A stretch of DNA of 64,000 nucleotides from Candidatus Falkowbacteria bacterium (GCA_003518055.1 DOZJ01000001.1:68253-132252), one strand, 5' to 3'; positions 8,754 through 16,963 are shown, counted from the stretch's first letter. The notes: generated from the letters alone by a model not told the origin. Numbers and translations: made by a program.

Positions 8754-9131
8754 ATGAAATCAATATTTATCATTTTTTTCGCAGTTTTCGTTTTGGTGAT
8801 CCCAAACGCGATTTTGGCGTCGGCCTTGGATGACGGATTGAGTGAAACGGCGATTGAGGCGACGCTAGCAACAGAGGATGAGCGGGATGCGGATGCTGAA
8901 CGTTTGGTGGCGGCAAAAATCGGATCAATTATTCAAACGGTGTTGTCTGTGATTGGTTTGGTATTCATGATAATTGTAATGTACGGTGGGTTATTGTGGA
9001 TGATTGGCGGTTCCACTAATGTTGGGAAAGCGAAAAATATAATCATTTATTCTGCTTTGGGGTTGATAATAATTGCCATGAGTTACGCGGCGGTTAATTT
9101 TGTGGTTGAGACGATTGGGCAGGAGTTTTAA
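8754..9131 (+). CDS. TrbC/VirB2-type pilin-like protein, paralog 4
   Basis: ORF-track start 8718 is a GTG. The ATG at 8754 follows 'ggtgaaag'. C-terminus 'IYSALGLIIIAMSYAAVNFVVE' and the 'MYGGLLWMIGGSTNVGKAKN' motif. Confidence 0.6.
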   Translation: MKSIFIIFFAVFVLVIPNAILASALDDGLSETAIEATLATEDERDADAERLVAAKIGSIIQTVLSVIGLVFMIIVMYGGLLWMIGGSTNVGKAKNIIIYSALGLIIIAMSYAAVNFVVETIGQEF

Positions 9132-9361
9132 TTTTAAGGATCGGAATTTTGTGGTGAGAAACGACGGAGCAAACCAGAGCAGAGATGATTTTTGCGAGGA
9201 GGAACGGCGAAGCAAACTACAAATCGGCTGCTAGTGGAGGCTGCCGAGTTTGACGGCTGATGGAGGCTGCCACGTCGTTATTGCATACTCCTCGCAGCAA
9301 AGAATGGGATGATTTTTACCAATTCGGGGTTTTTGATAAAATGTGATAAAATATTATCGGT

Positions 9362-9742
9362 ATGAAATTGTTTGGATTGATATTAATTTTGGGCGTTATC
9401 CTGTTGGGTTCGGTCGGAATGGCGGAGCCGGTTTTAGCGTTTAGCGCCAATAGCACAGGCTTGACCGGAGCGGCTAATTCGGCGGGGTTCAATACTCAGA
9501 ATACTGATTTGGCCGTAATTGTCGGTCGAGTGATTCAGGCACTTTTGGGATTGCTTGGTTTGGTGTTGATGATTATTGTGATTTACGGTGGCATACTGTA
9601 TATGTTGTCAGCCGGCGATTCGGGAAAGGCAAACAAGGCAAAGGATATGATAATTCAAGGTATTATCGGAATGGTTATTATTGGTTTGGCTTATGCTATC
9701 TCGACCTATGTCATTGATCTATTAATAACCAGTACAACTTAA
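9362..9742 (+). CDS. TrbC/VirB2-type pilin-like protein, paralog 5
   Basis: 'IYGGILYMLSAGDSGKANKAKDMIIQGIIGMVIIGLAYAISTYVIDLL'. Confidence 0.65.
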   Translation: MKLFGLILILGVILLGSVGMAEPVLAFSANSTGLTGAANSAGFNTQNTDLAVIVGRVIQALLGLLGLVLMIIVIYGGILYMLSAGDSGKANKAKDMIIQGIIGMVIIGLAYAISTYVIDLLITSTT

Positions 9743-9743
9743 T

Positions 9744-10145
9744 ATGAAAAAAATATTGGCAACAATATTGATGCTCGGAGCGCTGGCCCTGCCATATTTC
9801 AGCGTTACGGCCAGCGGATTTGAAGCGGCAAAAAACAGTTTGCAGTCAGCCGGAAATGAAGCTTATGGCGACACAGCGGAATCAAGTCTTCCAACCGTGG
9901 TCGGAACGGTGGTAAATTCATTTTTAGCAGTTATGGGGATTGTTTTGACTATCATTATCATCCGCGGCGGATTTATGTATATGACGGCCGGCGGAGAGTC
10001 CGGGCAAACGGAAAAAGCTAAAAAATGGATTATAAATGGGATTGTCGGGTTGATTATCGTCTTGCTAGCATATGCTTTGTCGACATTTGTCATTGATCGG
10101 CTGATTGAAGCGACGACCAATTCGGTGCCAAAGGCTGCAAAATAA
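9744..10145 (+). CDS. TrbC/VirB2-type pilin-like protein, paralog 6
   Basis: 'IRGGFMYMTAGGESGQTEKAKKWIINGIVGLIIVLLAYALSTFVIDRL'. Start 1 nt after the paralog 5 stop. Confidence 0.65.
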   Translation: MKKILATILMLGALALPYFSVTASGFEAAKNSLQSAGNEAYGDTAESSLPTVVGTVVNSFLAVMGIVLTIIIIRGGFMYMTAGGESGQTEKAKKWIINGIVGLIIVLLAYALSTFVIDRLIEATTNSVPKAAK

Positions 10146-10179
10146 CGATGATAAGCGGAGATTAATTTGGGATAAATAT

Positions 10180-10572
10180 ATGAAAAAAATAAGTATATTA
10201 TTAGTTGCTCTGGCGATATTAGGGGTTTTTAACTTTGCCGTGCAACCAATTGGCGCGCAAGGACTGGATAATATCAGAGCGGATTTGGGTGAATTCGGGA
10301 CCACAAGTTATGGAACGGATACTCCGGAGCCGCTGCCTGAGACAATTGGACGGATTATCGGGATTGTTTTGGGGCTGCTTGGGGTAGTGTTGGTTTTGCT
10401 GATTATTTACGGCGGGTTTTTGTACATGACCAGCGGCGGCAAGGAAGATGGGGCCAAGAAGGGAAAAGCATTTATCATAAATGGGATAATCGGGGTGTTG
10501 ATTTGTTTGATGGCGTGGGCTATAAGCTCATATGTGGTTAGCCGGCTGGTGGAGACGGTGATTGAGCAGTAA
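10180..10572 (+). CDS. TrbC/VirB2-type pilin-like protein, paralog 7
   Basis: ORF-track N-terminus (TTG at 10105) overlaps paralog 6 and looks spurious. The ATG for 'MKKISILLVALAIL' was placed by codon counting. 'IYGGFLYMTSGGKEDGAKKGKAFIINGIIGVLICLMAWAISSYVVSRL'. Confidence 0.6.
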   Translation: MKKISILLVALAILGVFNFAVQPIGAQGLDNIRADLGEFGTTSYGTDTPEPLPETIGRIIGIVLGLLGVVLVLLIIYGGFLYMTSGGKEDGAKKGKAFIINGIIGVLICLMAWAISSYVVSRLVETVIEQ

Positions 10573-10840
10573 CTACGTAAGTAAAGAGCAAAGAGTAAAG
10601 AGGGGGGGCTGTAACTACCCGCCTACGCTCTTACTGTGTAGAGCTACGGCGCCTGCCTGCCGGTAGGCAGGGGCGCAGCGGAATCTTGGCGGGTGGTTTT
10701 TACAAAAGTATGGCTGAATAATGAAAGCGTAGCGATGGGTGGAGTTTTACAAAAGTATGGCGGGGTAACTGGAACTACGAAAGTGTGGCAGTGGGTAGTT
10801 TTTACAAAAGTTTGGCGGGTAACATAAGTTTAAATATAAA
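10573..10840. repeat. modular intergenic repeat block
   Basis: Contains the 'ctgtaactacccgcctacgctcttactgtgtagagctacggcg' module, the cctgcc palindrome, and three tandem units of 'g-rich + gtttttacaaaagt(a/t)tggcggg'. Confidence 0.7.
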
Positions 10841-10858
10841 TAATTAAATAAATAAGGT

Positions 10859-11254
10859 ATGAAGACAAAAGCGCTTGCGATCGGACTGAGTTTATTCTTG
10901 TGTCTCTTCATGGTGGCGCCGGTGGCGTTCGCCCAGCTTGATATCACCGGCAATTTGGCCAATACGGGTGAGGGAATCTATGGCCCGGGAGGTGCGCCAG
11001 CCAATGATTTGCCGGTAATTATCGGTAATATCATCAACGTGGTGTTGGGATTTCTCGGAGTAGTGTTGGTTCTGATTGTGATTTATGGTGGTTTCAAGTA
11101 TATGACGAGTGGTGGGGAGGATAAAGGAGCGAAAGAAGGAAAACAATGGATTATTAACGGCATTATCGGTTTGGTGATTGTCTTGTCAGCCTACGCCATC
11201 ACAACATTCGTGGTTTCACGTCTGGCCACAGCAACAGGCACTACAGTTCAATAA
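10859..11254 (+). CDS. TrbC/VirB2-type pilin-like protein, paralog 8
   Basis: 'IYGGFKYMTSGGEDKGAKEGKQWIINGIIGLVIVLSAYAITTFVVSRL'. Followed by a terminator. Confidence 0.65.
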   Translation: MKTKALAIGLSLFLCLFMVAPVAFAQLDITGNLANTGEGIYGPGGAPANDLPVIIGNIINVVLGFLGVVLVLIVIYGGFKYMTSGGEDKGAKEGKQWIINGIIGLVIVLSAYAITTFVVSRLATATGTTVQ

Positions 11255-11271
11255 ATAGACAGATGAAAATT

Positions 11272-11296
11272 CCTCGGGTGACCGGGGAGTTTTTTA
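11272..11296 (+). terminator. rho-independent terminator after pilin paralog 8
   Basis: 'cctcgg-gtga-ccgggg' hairpin (one G-U pair) followed by 'agtttttta'. Confidence 0.5.
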
Positions 11297-11299
11297 TAT

Positions 11300-11548
11300 T
11301 ACGAAAATAAGGCAACTGGGTGATAATGTTACGAAAATACGAATTGTCGAATGTACGAATGATTGGCGGGGTAACTGTAACTGCGAAAGTTTGGCGGGTT
11401 GGTAGGTTTTTACAAAAATAAGATAACTAGGTGATAATGTTACGAAAATACGAATTGTCGAATGTACGAATGATTGGCGGGGTAACTATAACTACGGAAG
11501 TTTGGCGGGTTGGGTTAGTTTTTACAAAAGTTTGGCGGGGCGGGGGAG
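11300..11548. repeat. tandem direct duplication (about 115 bp x2, about 93% identity) of a composite repeat unit
   Basis: 'ggtgataatgttacgaaaatacgaattgtcgaatgtacgaatgattggcggggtaact(g/a)taact(g/a)cg(a/g)aagtttggcgggttgg..gtttttacaaaa' present twice. Confidence 0.75.
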
Positions 11549-11549
11549 A

Positions 11550-13163
11550 ATGGCGAAAGGCGGGGATATAAAGTATAATGAGGATATGAAAAATTGGAAT
11601 AAACAAGATAGATTTGTGATCGGGGCGATTGGGATTTATATCGCGGTTATGGTTTTGATTGTTTATACCAAATATATAAATTTCAATTATAATGCTTTGG
11701 ATTTGGCGATCTATACTGACGCCATGAGCCATTCTTTGGATGGAAAATTGATGTTTTCAAGCATTCAGGGGCATAATTATTTCGGAGATCACTTTGAGCC
11801 AATAATATTATTGCTGCTGCCGGTGTTTGCCGCATTCAAAAGTGGGTTGGCGCTGCTTGTGATCCAAACGATGGCGATCGGCGCGAGCGCGTGGCCGTTG
11901 TATTTGATCGCGAAGGAAATATTGTCGTCCGGGAATAAAAATTTGTACAACGATAAAAGTGAAAAATGGGGGAAGTTGATAGTATTGTTATATTTACTTA
12001 ATCCGTCAATTTGGATGATGAATTTATTTGAGTTTCACGCGTTGACTTTGGCACTGCCGATAATATTTGGGTGGTATTGGGTGGAGGTGAGAGCAAAGAG
12101 GGAAGAGGAACGAGGGAGCAGAAAGATTTATTTTATTTGGTTTGTGGGCCTGTTGATATTGGCGTTGATGGTGAGAGAGGATGTAGCATTGCTGTTGATT
12201 CCGTTCGGAGTAATGTTTTGGCGGCAGAAACAAAAGAAATATGCATTGATAACAATCGTTTTAAGTTTAATTTGGCTGGTTGGTTCATTGGTTGCGATCA
12301 GCCTGTTTGATCAGCAGCCGGCTAAATTTGTTGGGTATTTCAGTCTGGAAAAATTGGTTAATTTGGGACAGGTTGAATTGCTGCTTGGGCTGCTGCTGCC
12401 GCTGGCGTTTTTGCCGCTGATAAAGTGGCGATATTTACTCCTCGGAGGTTTGGTTTACCTTGAATACGCTATGCTTGGCGGTTTGGGGTCAATTGTGATT
12501 CGGGGGCATTACGCGACGTTGTTTTTGATCCCAATTTTTGTTGCTTTGATTTATGGTTTAAAAGATTTTGTGGAGAAAAAAAATAAAGTGTTGAATTGGC
12601 TCGGCTGGGGGGTGCCGATTATTTTGGTGTTGGCGACGGTGTACAGCCTATATTATTTAGGGCCGATTCAGGTCTTGAATAAAATAAATCGACCAAGCGA
12701 AGAAAGGCAGGAAATCCAAACATTTTTGGAAAAAGTCGGGTGGAATAAAACGGTTTTGGCGTCTTATATCTTTATGCCATATTTGGCTGGTGGGAATAAT
12801 GTTTATTCCCTGCATTATTTTATGCTGAATCGACAGCAATATTCAAACAAAAGATATATAACGCCTATTGAGTGGGGTTATGTTTTGCTGACTGAAGCTG
12901 ATTTGCGCGAATTAGCGCTGCAGTATCAGGATCACAGCTTTTATGGACAATTTTATAACCAAGGATTCGAGCGTTTAAACTATTTGTTGCTTGATTATAA
13001 TGTGGTTGAATCGGGAGAAGGGATGTATTTGCTAACAAAAGGTGATGGAAAAAAAATAACGGTGCAAAACGCACCATTTGAAGGTTATATTGAACTTAAC
13101 AGAGTGGGAATGACGGAATCGGTGATTTATGGCGAGGCGGGAATTATTATTGTGCAGGAGTAA
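11550..13163 (+). CDS. polytopic membrane protein, GT-C fold glycosyltransferase-like (DUF2079-like)
   Basis: More than 10 TM helices. N-terminal region 'LDLAIYTDAMSHSLDGKLMFSSIQGHNYFGDHFEPI' resembles the DUF2079/PMT-like family. ORF-track start 11502 lies in the repeat, so trimmed to the ATG after 'gggggag'. Confidence 0.45.
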   Translation: MAKGGDIKYNEDMKNWNKQDRFVIGAIGIYIAVMVLIVYTKYINFNYNALDLAIYTDAMSHSLDGKLMFSSIQGHNYFGDHFEPIILLLLPVFAAFKSGLALLVIQTMAIGASAWPLYLIAKEILSSGNKNLYNDKSEKWGKLIVLLYLLNPSIWMMNLFEFHALTLALPIIFGWYWVEVRAKREEERGSRKIYFIWFVGLLILALMVREDVALLLIPFGVMFWRQKQKKYALITIVLSLIWLVGSLVAISLFDQQPAKFVGYFSLEKLVNLGQVELLLGLLLPLAFLPLIKWRYLLLGGLVYLEYAMLGGLGSIVIRGHYATLFLIPIFVALIYGLKDFVEKKNKVLNWLGWGVPIILVLATVYSLYYLGPIQVLNKINRPSEERQEIQTFLEKVGWNKTVLASYIFMPYLAGGNNVYSLHYFMLNRQQYSNKRYITPIEWGYVLLTEADLRELALQYQDHSFYGQFYNQGFERLNYLLLDYNVVESGEGMYLLTKGDGKKITVQNAPFEGYIELNRVGMTESVIYGEAGIIIVQE

Positions 13164-14799
13164 ATTCGTAAATAACCACTGTAGAGTTTTGAATTATCGG
13201 GTGAAGGAATTGATATTGATCGGGATTAAAATTGGGATAGATCTTTTTTTCAAATTGATCCCACCAGATATAATCAACGGATAAAAATTTTAATTCAGAT
13301 TGCAGCCGGTCAGAGGGTAGTTGGCCGGAAAAGATTTCAGCTTGAAGTCTTTTTTTGTTGGCGCTGTCGATTGATTCATGGTCGTGGCCCCAAAAAACAT
13401 TTTTATCGCTGTGGCCGACAATAAAGTTTGAGTTGACATCGCTGGCCATAATGTTTTTCCCATGTAGGTTGTTCAGCTGAGATAGTGCTTGGTCCTTGGC
13501 GCTGGAATAATAAAACAACGGATGATTATTCAAATAAAGTTTTATGTCGCGGGAAAGATTGAAGAAGGAGGTTGGGGCTAAAACAGTGATAAAAAACATG
13601 ACGATGGCCATGGGGTGTCGATTGATAATGGATTTGAGATCAACATGATATCGGGCGCAAATGCTTTGAAACCAAGTGATCGACAGAATGACGGCGGGGA
13701 TTGATATGCTGTGAAGTGAGCGGCGGCCAAACTGCCAATCAGGAACAAATGATAATAACAGACCCACCGTGAACCAGATAAACAGAAAAACGTGGGATGG
13801 AGAGGTGTTTGATTTGAATTCGGAATAGGAACCGAGCCAGAAGCCAAAAAATGGCAGGCCTAGGCCGATAACGGTAAAAATCAGAGGTGAGTTCATGGTG
13901 AAGTTTTGAGCGGCGCGGGCGGCGATTATCGGGTCGGAGAGGGTGTATAGATGATAAATGACGGCTGGAACAGAGAGGAAAAATAAAAGGGCGAAATGAG
14001 AAAGGAGCGCTAAAAAGGTGGCGCGTTTTTCCAGCAATAAATAAAATGAATACGCAAGAGCGGCGCAATAAATCAACGGGAAGTGATAGGGATGGAAATT
14101 AAATAAAATCAAAGCAAGCAAACCGGCGGTCAGGCTGGAGCGAAAGCGATTTTGAGCGGTCGCACGCAAGAAGAAATAAAAAATCGCAACAATCAAGATG
14201 GTGGCGGCGATGAAATGAGGTGTATGAAAGAGAGTGTTAAAAACCGTAATTTCAGGCATCCAGAGATCAAGCGGTCGGTAATAGATATTGTTGCGGTCAT
14301 CATGTAAAAAGTTTAGGTATATCCCAAGTCCGCTGCTAAAAGTAATAGCAATGGCGGTGAGGCGAGACCAAAAATTATCTTTGATAATGGTTAATGACAG
14401 CCGATACAAACAATAAACAAGAATTGGAATTAGAACAATACGTGATAAATGAAAAGCAACCAGAGCGGATAGGTGAAAGAGGCGAGCGAATAAGCCAATC
14501 ATTAACCAAAACAAATTGAACAGGCCGAATGGCTGCGGCGTGAAGTTGAATTGATTGGTTAAGAAGAAAGAGCTGTTTTTGATTCGGTTGATATAGGCGA
14601 AATAAACGTTGGTATCAGCCGGGGTCAGGCTATGAAGGCCGGATACAACTTGATCGGTTCGGGCGGCAAAAAAATAACCAATGATTATTGGAATGGTGGT
14701 GATAACAATCGCCACGAGAGATAAGATAAAGACAAATTGGCGATCGGATGAATTTAGTCTATTGGTTAATGACATAAATGAGGCTGTGGTCATCTTCAA
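13147..14799 (-). CDS. polytopic membrane protein, GT-C/ArnT-PMT-like glycosyltransferase candidate
   Basis: 550 aa with about 12 TM helices. Overlaps the next gene by 41 nt on the same strand. Confidence 0.4.
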   Translation of the reverse strand: MKMTTASFMSLTNRLNSSDRQFVFILSLVAIVITTIPIIIGYFFAARTDQVVSGLHSLTPADTNVYFAYINRIKNSSFFLTNQFNFTPQPFGLFNLFWLMIGLFARLFHLSALVAFHLSRIVLIPILVYCLYRLSLTIIKDNFWSRLTAIAITFSSGLGIYLNFLHDDRNNIYYRPLDLWMPEITVFNTLFHTPHFIAATILIVAIFYFFLRATAQNRFRSSLTAGLLALILFNFHPYHFPLIYCAALAYSFYLLLEKRATFLALLSHFALLFFLSVPAVIYHLYTLSDPIIAARAAQNFTMNSPLIFTVIGLGLPFFGFWLGSYSEFKSNTSPSHVFLFIWFTVGLLLSFVPDWQFGRRSLHSISIPAVILSITWFQSICARYHVDLKSIINRHPMAIVMFFITVLAPTSFFNLSRDIKLYLNNHPLFYYSSAKDQALSQLNNLHGKNIMASDVNSNFIVGHSDKNVFWGHDHESIDSANKKRLQAEIFSGQLPSDRLQSELKFLSVDYIWWDQFEKKIYPNFNPDQYQFLHPIIQNSTVVIYEFTPAQ

Positions 14800-16279
14800 A
14801 AATAAGCGAGACTCGGGGGTCGGAGTTTAATTGAGCGATAAATCGGTCGTAACCCTTGTTGGCGACAATGTATTTTGCGTTGAAGTCGGTGGGAATTGTC
14901 CGGATTGGGTCAGTGTCGTAGCCGGCAGCCAAAGTCTGCCATAAAAGATGTTTGGCGGGGTTGAAAAGATAGGAAAAGGTTGGATCAAGACCGCTGATAA
15001 AGGTATGGTTGTCGGTGTAATAAAACAGCGGCGACCATTCATCCCAGGCGGTGTGGAAAATCGGGGATTGGCGGGGGAGTTCACGGTTAATAAATATTGA
15101 AGCGGATTGATAAAAATTGTAGGGAAAATCATTCAAATTGATCCATAGAGAGGCGGTGGTGAATATGATGTTAACCAGAACGAGCGAGCTGATAACGATA
15201 CCGGCAAAAATATAGGGAAGCCGCGAGAAATAGGTTTTAATTTGAGTCCAAAATTCAAGCAGCAGAGGTAAGTTTTGGCTGAATGATTGGCCGATGAATA
15301 GAACCACAAATGGCGCTAGATATTCCACATAACGACGGGATTTGATGGTAAAAATGGTAAAAATTAAAGTAAGTAAAAAGAAAAAAACAGTCGGGTGGGT
15401 GGTTTTTTTCCAGTTGAGGACATTTAGAATAAAGGCAATGAGGAAAAAAATAATAATAAAACGGAGCGAGGCGATAAAATCGGAAAGTGAAGTGCGATAC
15501 CACTCGGTGCCGACGTTAATTTGGTTTTGGAGATTGATAAAACCGATGTCAAAAATTTGCTGTTTGAAAAAAAACAGGTTTTGAGGAAAATATGGATGAA
15601 GCAGAAGGCCGAGACCGAGGCCGAGGATGAGCGAAAACAGCAGAGATAAAAGAGTCTTTGTCGGTCGTTGTTTTGACCACAAATGAACAAAGCTGAAGAT
15701 GAAGAAAATGGGTAAGATTAAAATCCAGCCGCCGTAGGAAAGAACGTATAGGCAGGCAAGCAAGAAAGCAAGAAAGCAAGTAAGCAAGAAATACCTTGGT
15801 TTTAGAGCATAGAAAAAGAGTGAAATAAAAAGAATAAGGAAAATCAAAGATAAAGAGTTGGCTTTGATTAAAGAAAGCCGAAAAATAAATGGCGGGCAGA
15901 GGAAAAGCAGCGTGATCAACAGCCAGCGAAGCGGGATTTTTTGTTTGATCAGAAACCAATAAAAAATTAGAAAAAAGGCAGTAGTCAAAATAATGTTTCC
16001 GACCTTGACGGTCATGAGCGGATTGAAAATGTCAGATAGAGGCAGGTGCAGTAAATGAAAAATGAAATGATGATCGGTGTAAATATCTTTTAAGGTGGAA
16101 AACTGCATGGATGAAAAGTCGGAGACAATTAAATTTTGCTGCATCAGCTTGATTATTTTGGCGTGATAAAAAGCATCCGGATCACCAAGGTTGGTGGAAA
16201 ATTGAAGAAACGAAAAAAACAACAAACAGATTGTGGCGAGACCAAGATATTTGGCTGTGCTGGTAAGTTGGAATGGCAT
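14759..16279 (-). CDS. polytopic membrane protein, GT-C (ArnT/PMT_2-like) glycosyltransferase candidate
   Basis: The 'DPDAFYHAKI' motif near the first loop matches the D(E/x)xxYxxxA motif of ArnT/GT83-39 enzymes. About 12 TM helices. Confidence 0.45.
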   Translation of the reverse strand: MPFQLTSTAKYLGLATICLLFFSFLQFSTNLGDPDAFYHAKIIKLMQQNLIVSDFSSMQFSTLKDIYTDHHFIFHLLHLPLSDIFNPLMTVKVGNIILTTAFFLIFYWFLIKQKIPLRWLLITLLFLCPPFIFRLSLIKANSLSLIFLILFISLFFYALKPRYFLLTCFLAFLLACLYVLSYGGWILILPIFFIFSFVHLWSKQRPTKTLLSLLFSLILGLGLGLLLHPYFPQNLFFFKQQIFDIGFINLQNQINVGTEWYRTSLSDFIASLRFIIIFFLIAFILNVLNWKKTTHPTVFFFLLTLIFTIFTIKSRRYVEYLAPFVVLFIGQSFSQNLPLLLEFWTQIKTYFSRLPYIFAGIVISSLVLVNIIFTTASLWINLNDFPYNFYQSASIFINRELPRQSPIFHTAWDEWSPLFYYTDNHTFISGLDPTFSYLFNPAKHLLWQTLAAGYDTDPIRTIPTDFNAKYIVANKGYDRFIAQLNSDPRVSLIFEDDHSLIYVINQ

Positions 16280-16885
16280 ACGATTTAATTATAACAGAGG
16301 CGGAGAGTAAAAATGAAATGAGGCAGCGAATTTTGAAACAGGGTGGAGGCTGCTTCCCGCCAATGGCGGGCAGGCGTTGTTACTATGTTGAGGTGAAAAA
16401 AACTCCTCGCCAAGCATGGTCGCGAAGAGTTTTTGCAAAACGGTGAAAAATTCACCAAATTTTGTTTTAACGAAAATAAAAGACCGCAAAACTATGCAGT
16501 CGGCAGGCGATAAAGTCCGGAAGCTGGACGATCAGCTCGGTTAGCGACAAAGACACATTGTGGCTGTCTGAATGTTGGCGCGGACATATTGGTAATTATT
16601 TTCGGACTTAACTACACATTATCAAATGAATGATTGTTTGGCAATCGGGTTTATGCACATTTGAATATTTGAAGGCGGTTGGCGGAGATGATCTGTTGGG
16701 ACGTCAATTGAAACTAGTAAATTGATACAACCGAGCAGTAAACGGTAAGGTAAAAATGAAGATGCAGATTGGAAGAAGGCAAAATAATGAAAAACGTTGA
16801 TGGCGATTATATGGATTTGGGTTTACCTCTTTTGTTGGGAAATTCGATTTGCCGCTGAATGTTGATCCGGAGATGTTGCCGGCTG

Positions 16886-16935
16886 AAGACAGTCAAAAGT
16901 GAAGCAGTTATAACAATGACTGTTTTTGATTTTTG
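16886..16935 (+). terminator. possible plus-strand terminator ending an unannotated transcript
   Basis: 'acagtca...tgactgt' stem with a long loop, followed by 'ttttgatttttg'. Confidence 0.3.
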
Positions 16936-16936
16936 A

Positions 16937-16962
16937 TAAAAAAACACGCAGTTTGCGTGTAG
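16937..16962 (-). terminator. rho-independent terminator for minus-strand gene 16964-17737
   Basis: Minus-strand 'acacgc-aaact-gcgtgt' followed by a T7 run. Confidence 0.5.
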
Positions 16963-16963
16963 G

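Noticed and set aside
9135-9300. Direct and inverted short repeats after pilin paralog 4 ('gatggaggctgcc' x2; 'tttgcgaggag'...'ctcctcgcagcaaa')
   Set aside because: They are real repeats but short and unique to this spacer. I could not tie them to the main repeat family or to a terminator with a U-tract.
10105-10179. The ORF-track N-terminal extension of pilin paralog 7 (TTG start overlapping paralog 6 by 41 nt)
   Set aside because: The extension is in a different frame from paralog 6, begins at a non-ATG codon and lacks a signal peptide. The conserved family architecture begins at the downstream ATG, 'MKKISILLV'.
6615-11300. Integron-like cassette array, with pilin genes as cassettes and inter-gene repeats as attC sites
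   Set aside because: The inter-gene repeats do not show the attC R''/L''/L'/R' architecture with a GTTRRRY core. No intI integrase or attI lies nearby, and the genes carry their own promoter-like sequences.
10573-11548. A possible CRISPR array in the highly repetitive intergenic DNA
   Set aside because: The repeats vary in length and sequence, are mosaic rather than a single 24-48-bp unit, and lack regularly sized unique spacers. No cas genes are present in the window.
10600-11548. A G-quadruplex of the Neisseria pilE-G4 type near the pilin genes
   Set aside because: G-tracts (GGG/GGGG) are present but separated by loops of more than 7 nt. No four-tract G3+ N1-7 motif was found.
13578-14068. 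ORFs 13578..13847(-), 13739..14068(-), 14827..15132(-), 15255..15690 and similar, nested in the GT-C genes
   Set aside because: They are alternative frames of long, hydrophobic membrane-protein genes, with no independent support.
16500-16540. RNase P RNA or SRP RNA in the 670-bp noncoding region
   Set aside because: Only a short 'aaagtccggaag' resemblance to the GUCCGG-containing regions was seen. I could not identify the RNase P 'ACAGAAUCCGGCUUA'-type module or the SRP helix-8 symmetric loop context by eye. An Infernal scan is needed.
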